Below are positions 40,933 through 53,372 of a stretch of 64,000 nt of DNA, piece by piece. The stretch is from Selaginella moellendorffii. Taxonomy: Eukaryota > Plantae > Lycopodiophyta. The stretch is taken from NCBI RefSeq assembly GCF_000143415.4, contig NW_003314276.1, positions 769,630 to 833,629 of the forward strand. Direction: 5' to 3'. A model generated the notes under the pieces. The model worked only from the letters and a program-made list of their open reading frames with translations, searched no databases and was not told the DNA's origin. The translations under genes and the position numbers were made by a program. Position 1 is the stretch's first letter, and every line of letters begins with the position of its first letter.

Positions 40933-43900
40933 CTTATATAAAAAGCCAAGTTATAAGAAAAATTAATATAATTTTCAGGATTTAGTGAAATTTTTATCTA
41001 CTACAACATTGACACAACCTTTTGGTCATAAGCTTATAAAAGTGACGAGATCAACTTTAAATGATCTTAGAATTTACTTTGCAATAAAACCAACTGAGAA
41101 CCTTGAAATTGTCAGAAAAAAGTGATAACTAAGCAAGCTTATATAGCTAACAATTTTGCACTATCCCAAGTATGAGTATGTAACTACAGAACAAGGAAGA
41201 CTATTGCTTTTGAGCAATAAAGAGCCTAAGTGCTTCCAAGTCAAATAATGAAAGATTTATAAAATTTTGTAAGTTATACATTGATCTAGAGCAAGTTCTA
41301 TAGTCAAATATTTTACTTGGATTGGAAGAATATTATATAGTAGGCAAATTACTATATGAACTTTACACACTCTAGTTGATTGTTTTTATGGATGACAATA
41401 ATATGGCAATCCTCCACAACACTGTGATCAATTTATATAGTTATGTCCTATGGAAGTTCTACACACATAGTCTATGTAGTGTCAATTATCCAAAAACCAA
41501 AATATATACTATATATTCAGTTAGTTGAAGAAAGGGTGAAATTGATGAATTTAGTTGAAACAGGTTTTAAATAAAAAAAATAACCAAACCACAAGCTTAA
41601 CTTTTAGCACTTTTCTCAAGAAATTCTAAAACAAGAAATAATGAATATGTGAAGATTACAAATATATAGTCAAAGGAAGCAAAGACAATATAGTCGAAGG
41701 CATTACAGTTGAAGGTGGAAGTTAAGAATCTCAACATTAAACAACAATACTATCATTACAAGTGTATAATTCTCAATTATGGAATTGATATTATAAATAC
41801 AAAGATTTACAATATCACAACAAACTAATTCCCAAGTTGCACTTATATATGCTTCTTGCAATGTTATACTTTTAGTGAGTCTTTAATCCCTTAAAAACAT
41901 ATGTATTTTATATATTTTATGCTTTTGGGGAAGGATCCAAAGGTTAAAGTTTGGATTCACCATAATATTTTAATATGAGTGGTTCATAACATTGAAGATA
42001 TTGGTATTATATTTGAATTTAAAATATTTATTAATGTGAGGTCCAAGTGTATGGTTACAATGCCGTATACTAATAGTAGCATAATGGGATTTTGGCAACT
42101 GTCAGATTGATTTCAATCCAGACCACTCTCTTCTATATATAATTTACAATTTTAGAGTTAATTGATATACACATATTTTATATTCCCCTTTTATATTCCA
42201 TGCATTCACATCAGTGAAGGTGGGGCATATTTGATTGTCCCTAAGGAGTGCTTGAATTTGGGATTTTTGGTTGAAATCTATCTTTTGTATTGTCTATATT
42301 TAACTTTTTCATTTCCTTTCTTTTATTCTTTCTTTTCAGGATTTTGATTTAAATTTAGCTTTTGCATTATGTAGATTTCCCTTTCCTTCTAACTTTTTTT
42401 ATTTCATTTCTTTTGCTCTTTCCTTTTTATTCATCTTCATGGCACAGTAGTAGTCTCCTCCTTTGACTCTGGAGCAGTAGTTGGTGCAATTGCTCGATGC
42501 TATATGATTGCAGTTAAATAACCAAACTCAATTGATGGTGGCATTCACGGTACATGGTATAACTCCTCTTACTCTTGGTGCCAATCACCGCGTTCGGCTA
42601 GAGTTCTTTCGTGGGAATCTTGGGGTGATATGTACTATTGGTTTAGTAATTTCACGATGATTGCCACATATAATTCTCAGAATGAGTTTCCCATGTGTCT
42701 TCAAGGATAATGCTATAGTGGTACAATGGTTTGAGCGCAGCCACTTGTGAGGATTGGAGTATTCTCCCGAACGTCTTCAAATGCACATTCAGACATATTG
42801 ACAATTATGATGATGCCTTCCAATAATTGCATTGTCTTCGTCAAGAGCTATAGGAGTTAGTGATATAATTTGCGTTCGTTTTCGAAGCTTCTTACTTCAT
42901 ACGGAGCTAAATATGTCAGAGTGGATCAAGCTAAGAATATTGTAGTTAGCACTTCGTCAAGATGTTATAAAACTTGTGTATGCACTTGCTATAGCCACCC
43001 TTAATGATGCCCTTCACTTGGCATAACATTATGAGACGTCACTTTTTCCACTTCTCACCGCATGTCCTTTAGCTCCATTTCCTCTGAAAGATGGTTCTGT
43101 TCCAATTGAGGTTGATGTTGGTGTTACTCGAGTTCAAGGACAAAGGCAAGTACGTGATTGTGGGCTAATTGATATGCATATTTTCTATATTCCTTTTCTA
43201 TATTCCATACACGCACATTAATAAATTATTATTTATAAGTTACAAATAGGGCATTTCTTAAAGTTATGCTCAAATGGATTTTATAGTAATAATTAAATAT
43301 TTAATAATTACTATTATTAAATATTAAAATAATAATTTATTTTATAAATTAGGTGGCAAGGCAAAACCTCTATTGATTAGGAAATATTGCCACTCATATT
43401 TAAATATTATTTAAATTACTAATTTGTCTAAAATACCTCTTTAATAAAAATATTGCCACTAAAACATTAAGAAAATATTTTTTAGTGTACCAGAATATTT
43501 TAAAAATTTATCCTTTTGTTGACCTAGCTCTCTCTATTGGCAGATCTGTCCTAGTAAGCTTTTAATGATTAATTTCTTTGAATTGATCAAGCATGCCCAA
43601 TATCTCTATTTGTTTGTTCAGGGGATATGAGAGACCAAAAGCAAATGTGCTTAAACTTTGAAAGAATGTGAATGTGACATTTTCCAATTTTGAAATTTTG
43701 TAAGAAAAAAAAGTTACTCATTTTAAAAGACTTTTAGCTATACAATTATGTAGCTAAATATGTTTACTAGCAAACCAAAATACCAAATAATATTAGTGTT
43801 GTTAACAATTATAATAATAATACATAATATGGTAATAATATTCACAAGAGCAAGGCTAGTGTTTTGCTTTGCAATGTTATTCAAGAGGATGAGTAAAGCA

Positions 43901-44738
43901 ATTGGTAAAACAAACAATATAAATCAATTGGTATGATCTTCAGTCCTCCTAGAACAGCTTTGCATGGAGTTCCCTCTCGTACACATCAAGAAGCCCATCC
44001 TGTGGATTCCACACACATCTCTTTTGAGGGTATGCTCCACAAATCCCTCGGCCTTAAACCTGGAGCACTAGATTTCATGACCTTGAGTATGTACATACCA
44101 TTTCCATGCAGCTGCTTCGCTATAAAAGCTTGCTGGTCCTTCCAAACCTCATCTCTTAAAAAGCTCTTGAAATGCTAGGATGAGTACTAGAATGGTGAAG
44201 AGAAAAGCTTTCGATTTTTGGGATCGATACTGGCATCTCCAAATATGTTCGATTGTTGGATCGTTCCAGGCGTTTTGACCGATTTTACTGGTGTTGACCT
44301 CTGGGGAGCTATGGATGGATGTTGTACCGTGAGACTATCAAAACAGCAGTGGATAGATATTTATCTTGTGTTTCTTTTTCCCACTTTTTTGCAAAAGGAA
44401 GTAGTTTGTGCATGCTGATGGCTTGTGTCTTCATGAACTCCATGACTCACATTCAATGAGTGCCAAGTTTCCAGAGGTTTGAAAAAAGGAGTTCACTGCA
44501 AGTACATTAGGATTGAGCCTTAAATTGAAGATGTTTTCTCTTTTTGAAATATTTGTATATCTAGAGAATTTCGTGATTGTGAGATTAAATCGCTGTTCAC
44601 ATCTAGGTTTAGGCTCTTTGGCATGCTCAAGCCCGATGGCACCCTTGCGTTCAAGTCCGACAATCCACAGCGTCACGAGCTCTCTAGTCTATTCATGTTT
44701 TTTTCACAAAGCTCTTTATTTTCTAAGTCAAGGGTTAG

Positions 44739-45840
44739 GTTATAATCTTTCTCGCTTGGATTTTTCTATTGTCGAAGCTCTCGTCAGGTAAGCTATGGTC
44801 TCTCGCACTCACGCCGCCCCAACGCTTGCCCGCCGAGCCCCAGCGCCCTGGCATGAAGGCCATCACCGAGCTCCACACCCGCGAGCTCCAGCACATCGAA
44901 CACACCACCATGGACACCATCCTCGGGGAGGGCACGAGCCAGCGCCAGCTTTAGCTCCAGTTCTTCAAGGTGACGCTCCAGTTCGAGCCCCAGCGCCAGC
45001 TGCTTTTGTTCACCCTGCTCACGGCCACCCTGCTCATCTAGCTCCAGCGCCTGGTATCCTTGATCATGCTCGCCACCACGATCCAGCTCCAGCAGTGTAC
45101 CATCATCATCATGGTGATGGAGCTCCTCTGGTTGTTCACCACCGTCACCATGGTCACCACCATGGAGGACGTCACAACCACCACAACCACCACCACCACC
45201 ACCACCACCACCACCGTCACGACGGTCATGACGCAGCAGTGGCCACACCAACACCCGCAGCAGTAGTTACAGTGGTTCGGAGGACGCCGTGGTCGCTGCT
45301 CCAGCTTCTTCTTTGGGTTTTGGTTGCGATCTTGGTGCTGCTTGCGTGCTTTTTGCTCGTGCGATGGATGTTATCTCGAAGGAAGCAGCACAGGAATGCG
45401 ATCTTTCAGGATCCCGGGTGGCAGATCGAAGTGACGAATCATCTGGAAGTTGTGGTGGACGATTCTCCAACTGAGACGAAACAGCTGGAAGCTCACACTT
45501 GTGGTTTCTCCTCAAAGTGTCCTGCCAACACTGGCAGTGACGCGTAAGTCAGCACAGTGCATGCGTTGCCACATGGAAGATTGTGTACAAACAATCTTCA
45601 AGGAGCAAGGAGATGAAGTTGCAGAGCAAGAAGACAGCAGGCTCTTGCTCACGGACGGTGATCTCACCCAGAGATCACGTACAAGGGTCGACTGGTGGAA
45701 GTCACCAGACTTGGAAGTTATTGCACAGCTTGGCTCGGAACATGGACTGGAAAATAAGTTTCGATTTGACTGAGCTATCCTCTAGAGGTGACAGGGGAGC
45801 AGACGTTAATGCACCTCCAAAGGCCAGAGAAGTTGCTTGA
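44739..45840 (+). CDS. Uncharacterised His-rich single-pass membrane protein, copy 2
   Basis: ORF 44795-45547 is nearly identical to copy 1 (6 aa shorter, frame intact), with the same splice signals and identical tail-exon translation. Confidence 0.7.
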
Positions 45841-47940
45841 GACGAAAGGTTTGAGAAAAGGTAACGTACTACTTTTGCACTCTGTTCTTGCAGGCGCTCA
45901 AATCTCAACTTCGATGCAAGGCATAGCAGCCAGATAAGATTCTCAAGAGTCAAGAGCATCATAAGCCGGGAATCAAGCGAGTGCAACTGTGAAAGTATCT
46001 ACACTGCGGCTTGCAACACAGGTTGTTTGACAGGATGGGACGAAGAACAGGATAGGTTGGTCTACCTCGCAAATTGTGAATATGAAGACAATGCATTTGT
46101 CGGGAGGATGAAGAAACACGACATTGGTTGCCTGGAACATGAACATGCACGTCTTCTATCAGATGCAATGAGAAGCTGGCATGCCTCCAAACGCTGAGAC
46201 TTTGCATGGAGCAGCAAAACATCGTTTCCTGGGATATGCCAAGAACAACCTTTGCTCTTGAGTGCTACGAGCAAACCGGCAGCCAAACGCTCAGACTTTT
46301 CATGGTGGCGCTCAACGCACGCGGCGACTTAGCAGAGAAGAGGCTCCACTCGCAGATCCGGGAGAGAAATCTGGACGGAATGTGCTCGCTCAGTGTGGAG
46401 ACATGCCTGCCACTTGAGAAGTTTTCCACCTCAGGTTCAGAAGTACTCTGGCGTCACTGTCACGATGACACACTTCTTCTTGCACTACTCATTTGGAGTC
46501 ACTGGAGAGCGCCCTACGAAGCATGATGGTCATAGGTACTGTGGAAGGTTACTTTTCATTTAGGTGCTTGGGAACTGCCTGAGAACTAGGAGCGCTACAT
46601 ATGACTGAAGGCATATGCTTTAATCTCATGGATCCGAAGAACTTAATCAAAATGAGAGAAAAGCTTTTCTCGGGAGCTTGTCGGTAAACTTTGCAAGGAA
46701 AGAGTGTGATGCAAGGTCCGTCAATGAAACAAACAAAGATGGTACCTGAAAAGAAGCGAAAGGATCTTAGCTGGCACACCGTGGTGAAGAGATAAAGATA
46801 AAAAATATGAGAGACAATACTTATCTCTTAATTAATTTGCAGTATTGAGTAATTTAATTGATCAATAGTTATAAAAATATTTATAATTTATAAATCAAGA
46901 TTAATATTAATAGTAAAATAAACAATAATATACTAGAAAGTGTTTAGGAAACTATAAATAAAAATATTAATCTAAATGATAGATATTAAAATATCCTAGA
47001 ATATGCTTGCAAATTCTAGGATATTTTAATATCTAATAGTTGTGGTTGATTCAATCTGCTATAGGTCAAACCAATTATAGATCTATAGTACAAGCTTATT
47101 TATAAACCTATTTACATTAGTATATAGAACTTTTTCTCCAAAACAACTTTGATTAAACCCATATTAAAACTTGGGACTTAAGTTTCTTTGAGAATTTGTT
47201 GTAAATTAGATGTTATATTCTTCTTTCAACCATTCCCTGTACAAATATATAACCTTTATAATTACAATTCAAGTTCTTTAAATGTTTTTTGATTTTATAT
47301 TAGTAAATGAGAAACAACAAACATATAAAGATTACAAATACTTAGTCAAAGGATGCAAAGATAACATACTCAAAGGCATTATAGTTAAAAGTAAAAGATT
47401 AACATCAAACAGCAATACTCATGAGTATATAATTCTCAGTTATGGAAGTGATATTATAAATGAAGCTTTACAACATCATATTCAATCAATTCCTGAGTTG
47501 CAATTACATATAATTCTTTAAATGTTAAAATAATGTCTTTCATCTTTTGCATAGGATGGATCAAAATGTTAAACTTTGGATTCATCATAATGTTTGAATA
47601 TGAGGTGAAAAAAATAGATATTGGTATTATATTTTAAATTTAAAAATAAATTTTATCTATAAATTACACTGAAAACAATATAGGGCATTTCTTATAATTA
47701 ACTTTATAGTAATAATGAAAAGATTAATATAAATATATACTTAAACAATTAGTGTAAATATTAATTTATAAATATTAAAAATAATATTTTCTTTTCTAAA
47801 TTAGCTGATAATACAAAACCTCTATCAAATAGAAACTATTGCTAAAACATATTATATACTTAAATTATTATTTTTAATACCTTCTTAATAAAAATATTGC
47901 ATCTAAAACCTTATAAAATATTCTTTAGTGTATCAGAATA

Positions 47941-48228
47941 ATGCTTTATTTCGTTAAAGTGGGACTTATTCAGTAAAGTGGGACATTAATTAGCATGTGT
48001 CCACATGCCATTTCCTAGTACTTAATTAATATTTATTAATATTTCTATCAGTTTTTTAATTTATTTTTTTATATTTCACAATATTATAACACAAAATCAT
48101 ATGAAAATTTTTTAATTTATAAATTATAAAGTTAAAACTTCAATTTTTTATTGTTGTTATAAAAATGGCATGTGGCCACACACCATAAGTGGAATAATGA
48201 AAAGTCCCACTTTAACGAAATAAAGCAT
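47941..48228. mobile_element. MITE, 288 bp, with perfect 27-bp TIRs
   Basis: ATGCTTTATTTCGTTAAAGTGGGACTT at 47941-47967 and its reverse complement at 48202-48228, flanked by AATA on both sides. The paralogous site near 35660 is empty. Confidence 0.9.
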
Positions 48229-49039
48229 AATATCCTTGTCAACGTCTTTGTTTTCTTCCTTCTCAATTTGACGAAGTCTGTTAATAATATAGTCGTATAT
48301 TACATTTACTTTAACAAAAGATTGGATCTAATCGATCACTGGGACGCAGATCGAGAGCATACCTTGTGTTTCCAACACTCTTTGAATTAAAATTCTCTCG
48401 TGGCAAACCAATTCTTTTATATAGAACATCATCTTAGACAGTGATAATTATTTGCGAGAAATGTCATTTTAAGTTTTTTTTTGGACACTACTAAATAACA
48501 TATACCAAGTTGGCATAAGATCTTCAACACCATTAATGTTTTATAATTTCATGAAACATTCATAAGTTCATAGCTTTTTTATTTCCTTCTTAGAGCCTTC
48601 ACAAGATGCAATTTTGTCTTTTGCACATCTCACCTTGGAAGGTATTTATCACTCAAAGCAACCATACTTCTAATTTAGGTGTCTGGGAGCTGCCTGAGAA
48701 CTAGGAGTGCTGCGTCAGAACGAGGGAATTATCACTAAAGGCCAATCTCATGGATCCGAAGAACTGAGAAAAAAAGTTTTCTCAGGAGCTTGTCGGTAAG
48801 CTTTTCGAAGAAAATGGAGAAAGAGTGTAATACAAGGTTGACGGAGCTGTCAACGAAACCCAAACAAAGATGGTTCGTGAAAACAAGCGAAAGGATCTTA
48901 GGCGCTTGAAACAAGCGGGTTACTTTTAGAGACCTCTAAAGCTTAAGCGATGAGCTTGCTAGACTAATGGTAATTGTTTTTTATTTAAACATGCATTTTT
49001 TCGTCCTCGCTGACATTTTTATACACCAGCGTCCATTTC

Positions 49040-50110
49040 GATTCCATACCCGAGAGGAGCCTCGTCTCCTTTAACACAATGCTCTCGGCAGGGGAATGGA
49101 GGGAGAAGAGGCGATCAAACTGGCAGAGCTCTTCTTCGCCCAAATGCCCAACCGCGACCTCAATGCGATGCTGGACGCGTATGCCAAGAGAGGGCATCTG
49201 TGCCGCGCACGTATCCTCTTCGCCGCCATGCCGGAGCACGACGCCATCACGATCACCACCATGATCCACACGCTCGCTCGGGGCTCGGGGGATTTGGAAT
49301 CGGCGCGGTTTCTCTTTGATTCTACGCCCGTCCGGGACGAGCTGTGTTGGAACGCGCGTATGCCCAGCGAGGGCATACCGTCGAAGCGAGAAAGCTATTT
49401 GATTCCATGCCTGCCAAGATCGATTCTTCCTGGAATTCGATGCTGTCGGCTTACATCCAAGCTTCAGATATGGCGAGCGCCGAGGATTTCTTCTTTCGTG
49501 CCATGGCCGAGTGGAATCTCATCGCCTGCACAGCGATGCTCGCTGCGGATGCCCTAAACGGGCATCTGTCCAAGGCCGAGGAGATCTTCGCGGCGATGGA
49601 GGAGGCGAGCTTGGTTTCCTGGACCGCTATGCTCGACGGATACGCGCGCAATGGATTCGTTCGAAACGCTGCCTCGATCTTTCACTCCATGGCGGAGAGA
49701 AACTTCGTTGCGTGGAGTGTCATGGCTTCTACGTTTGCTCGCCATCGCCACCTTTAAACACGAGCGAATTCTTAGTTTTGGCTGACGTCTCAGTTTGGAA
49801 CTCTTTTGTTGCGCTCAATCCGAGAGCGCTAGCCTTCGCTCGCAAAGAGTGTTCCAGATCTTGAGCTCGATGAGTTGCGTCCAGATGAGAGCTCTTTCGT
49901 CTCGATCTTGCTGGCTTGCAGTCGATCCGGCCACGTTGATGCTGCTCGTCGATGCTTTAGCTGCCTAAGCTCGGATTTCTTCGTGGTGCTCAGTAAGAAA
50001 CTCCATAGCTGCGTCATTGACACACTATGTCGGGCAGCGTTTTGCCGAGACGCGAGCGAGCTTGTTTTCAGCATGCCTTTCAAGCCAGACTCGGTGGACC
50101 TGAGCTCGAT
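49040..50110 (+). pseudogene. PLS-class PPR pseudogene (frameshifts and stops)
   Basis: Repeated AxxLFxxMPxRDxxxWNAMLxAYAxxG motifs spread over several frames, then RPDESSFVSILLACSRSG and ELVFSMPFKPD. Confidence 0.85.
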
Positions 50111-50289
50111 TCATCCAACTGTTGTAAGAGATCGAGTGGATCGATCTAAGAGTTTATCAAAGAGCTTATAGTTACCGGTTGATCCATTCATTGGCACGGC
50201 CACCCGACTCGTCCAAGCCTCGAGTTGGAAGCGAGGCTTTGGAAGGTTCCGTCCACATTCATGGAATATCCCAATTTTCAAATATAGAT

Positions 50290-50938
50290 TTACATGCTAA
50301 ACAAACATTTTATAAATCTCATGCAACTTATCAATGGTCTCCTGTCTAGTCTGAAAGTCGCTTCCAAAACCTTGTAACTCATCTTGGGTCCAAACAAAGA
50401 AAAGGATGGGATCTGGAACAAAGGATTCTCGCTGTTTAAAATGGCCAAAACTGTAGCGTGATCTTCCCCCATGTTGATCAAATAGTGAAGAACTCCACGG
50501 GGAATTATAAACAAATCGCTCGCGGTCAAATTCCTCGCAAAGAGCCTGTTGTTAGTGTCCACAAAGCCGGCCTCCACAAATCCCTTCTCCACATAGATGA
50601 GCTCGCTTGCCCGAGGATGAGCGTGAGCTCTCGCAACTCCTTTGGGGCCGAGATAGTTTCGTGCCACGGACAATCCCATCGTGTTGAGTGCCGGAAATGT
50701 CCTGACAATAGCTTGAAATCAAACGCATTGCGCGAAACAAGCTGGAGTGGAAGTCTTCTGAAGATACCTCTGAGTATGGCTTGCACTTCATGAAACCTTC
50801 ACTAATATTGTTCCGTGGGATGCAAAAGTCCTGGATTGGATCGGGATCTGCAGCTCTCACAAGGACAAGAATGTGGCAGTCGTTTAAGGATGAGAGGAAT
50901 AGAGAAAGCAATAAAAGTGAATACATTTGCATAGCCAT
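50290..50938 (-). pseudogene. Germin-like (cupin) protein, frameshifted
   Basis: Signal peptide and ADPDPIQDFC...CK are in one frame; FPALNTMGLS, HAHPRASE and FIIPRGVLHY are in another. Confidence 0.85.
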
Positions 50939-52641
50939 GGGATGTTATAAGTTAACTGATGAGTGATTTTATTTGCTATCGTGATTTGGACACCACGTAA
51001 AAGCTGGTAACTTTAGTCAAACTTGTGACTATTGCTAAGCATTACAAGCCAAGACACGTGGTGTATGAAAATTATTAGTAATAGGGAAGACCATTATTTG
51101 TTATTAATGGAAAAAATAAAAATGAGATAACTTAGTTGTTATCTCATTCTCAAATACTTACACACCAAAGCTATTTTATAGTATATTTTATTGAGAATAA
51201 CTGTATCGGGTGATATAAATGTACAGCAAACATATGAAAATATAAAGTATAGTCTTAAAGCATTTTTGGCTTGACAGTGTATACATCTAGAATATGCTTG
51301 GATATTCTAGTTGTTATTCATTTATATTTATTTTGTATTTATAACTTATAAATATGTTTATAATATATAAACTTTCCTAAACACTTCATAGTATATTCTA
51401 GTTTATTCTACCATTCAATGCAATAATATTAATTTCGTGTTTATAAATTATAAACATTTCAATTGAATAAATTAATAAGAATGACACTACTATTAAAAAA
51501 ATTAAGCATTTCATAGCAAATTATTCTAAGTGTTAGTATAAAAAATTAAAAAATTATATTTAATATCTCAAATATGAAGATATCTTGATCAAAACTAGAA
51601 TGTAAATTTTTAAGTTTAAAAGTTCTAAAACCCTTTGATTAAACCCATATTAAAACTTTTCTTTGAGACTTTATTGTAGATTAGATGTTATATTGTTCTT
51701 TCAACCATGCCCTGTACAAATATATAAATTTTACTCCCAGAGATATAAAAAGCCCTTGAAAATATATAATCTTAAATCCCACGGTGCAATGAACTAGGGA
51801 AGAGTATACAATTTCCAGTAATAATGACACTACAAATCCTCTCCTTGCTACTATTTTACCAATCCCTTTCAACTAGGATTGTTGTTTCCAGCCTCCTATT
51901 AAGTTATGCAAGTGTAATGCTGCCACACTAATCCCATAGCCTCATACCAGTATAACCATACCCTTGGCATTTTCCATTTGGAATCATGACCAAAGGTGAG
52001 CCACTTCTCTTGAGTCCAAGTTAAAGTTATATTTCTGCACTCCAATGATATAGCCTCTGACATGAGTTATGCCCCTTGAAACATCCTGTACATCTAAGTG
52101 GTGGAATCATGATGAATCCACAACCCAAGGCTTAGCCAACACAACTGTACCATACAAATTAGAACTTCAGTGTGCTGTCAAAAAGTGTTTGATTACTAAT
52201 TGGAATTAAATGTGCAATCAGAAGGTACAGAAGTGCTGCCATGTAGTATGAAGGACCTAATCATGGTGAAGAATAGGTAATGGTGCCATAGCGAGATGTC
52301 CTGTCCTGTGTGTCAGTTATGTGATGGTGTCTTTCAAGCGGACTTAGCCTTTAAGAGAATCTGAAACAAAAGGAGAACAAAAGGCATACTTCTACACAGT
52401 GATCGTGGCTCTGTCTGCTTGTGCTACGAAAGAAAAAGAGTGGTGCCACCTTTCTGGTGCATAAAACAGCATCTCCTTATATCCGATCCTTTCTTGTAAG
52501 TGACAGGACTGAGAAATCGCACTGGACAACAGCCAACACAGGATTGCTTTAGATTACTCAATTGAAACAACAAAGTTTACAATAGTAATTACCATAAACT
52601 AAAATAAAACATGGCATATGCTAGTGTGAAGTTATAAACTA

Positions 52642-53289
52642 CTACCTTGAATAGGGACAGTACAAGTAAACAGGGCACAGCTGCTGACCATCAAACACAA
52701 TATCTTGCGCATTGGTTTCACCCTTCTGTGAAAGAAGCATGCCCAAGTCACAGGTAAGATCAGCCTGCAAGTAGTTTGAGCTATCGGATGAGTGCTTTTG
52801 GTCAATCCACTGAGCACTAGCACGAATTGCTGCTGAGAGTAGAACTTTTCCCGATGCTACATCAGCTTTAAACAGCTCCAACTTATCCACGGAAAGGCTC
52901 GTCTCGTTCACCAAAAGCCTCCGTGTCACAGAAACACTCCTGCTCTTCGGAAGCATAAAGGTGTGGAATGGAAACTGCTGGACGGCGAGCTCCACTCCAC
53001 GGTAGCTCAAAGTTACGTCCATTGCATCAAACTTCACGTCCAGCAGATCTTCGTGCTTGCGATGCTTGAGATTCGAGCAGGTAAACTGGAGCTCTAGATT
53101 GGAAACAAACCTTGGAGTTGAGTTTGATGGGAGCTCAACGTGTGAAACCTTAATGTCCTTGAAGTCGCACCATGGTTCGTGACGATTGGTGAATGGCAGA
53201 AAAGATGGTAAAAGTAGTAGTGAAAGCACTACGGCCAGCGCCCCTATTACTAGCAATCCCCCAATGATTTCCTTCTTGGAATCCTCCAT
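52642..53289 (-). CDS. LEA_2/NDR1-HIN1-like membrane protein, copy B (inverted paralog of 27746-28498)
   Basis: 215-aa ORF closely similar to copy A, with a shorter C-terminus. Confidence 0.72.
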   Translation of the reverse strand: MEDSKKEIIGGLLVIGALAVVLSLLLLPSFLPFTNRHEPWCDFKDIKVSHVELPSNSTPRFVSNLELQFTCSNLKHRKHEDLLDVKFDAMDVTLSYRGVELAVQQFPFHTFMLPKSRSVSVTRRLLVNETSLSVDKLELFKADVASGKVLLSAAIRASAQWIDQKHSSDSSNYLQADLTCDLGMLLSQKGETNAQDIVFDGQQLCPVYLYCPYSR

Positions 53290-53372
53290 GCCCTATCTTC
53301 CCAAAATATAGTTCTTATTTTATAGACAAGACTTAAAGGTAATCTAAAGGATTAGGGTTTAGGGTTTTGTGA

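Larger units (their letters stand above)
44105..48545 (+). repeat. Segmental direct duplication, copy 2
   Basis: Collinear with 31780-35825. Retains only the 3' remnant of tRNA-Ala (about 44220-44241). Confidence 0.9.

Noticed and set aside
42430-43150. GC-elevated stretch that might be a decayed transposase or gene
   Set aside because: The minus-strand frames I translated have stops and no recognisable motif, and the ORF track shows nothing here; needs TBLASTX.
51880-52200. Minus-strand KGMVILV*GYG, reminiscent of an alpha/beta-hydrolase
   Set aside because: Too short and interrupted to support a call.
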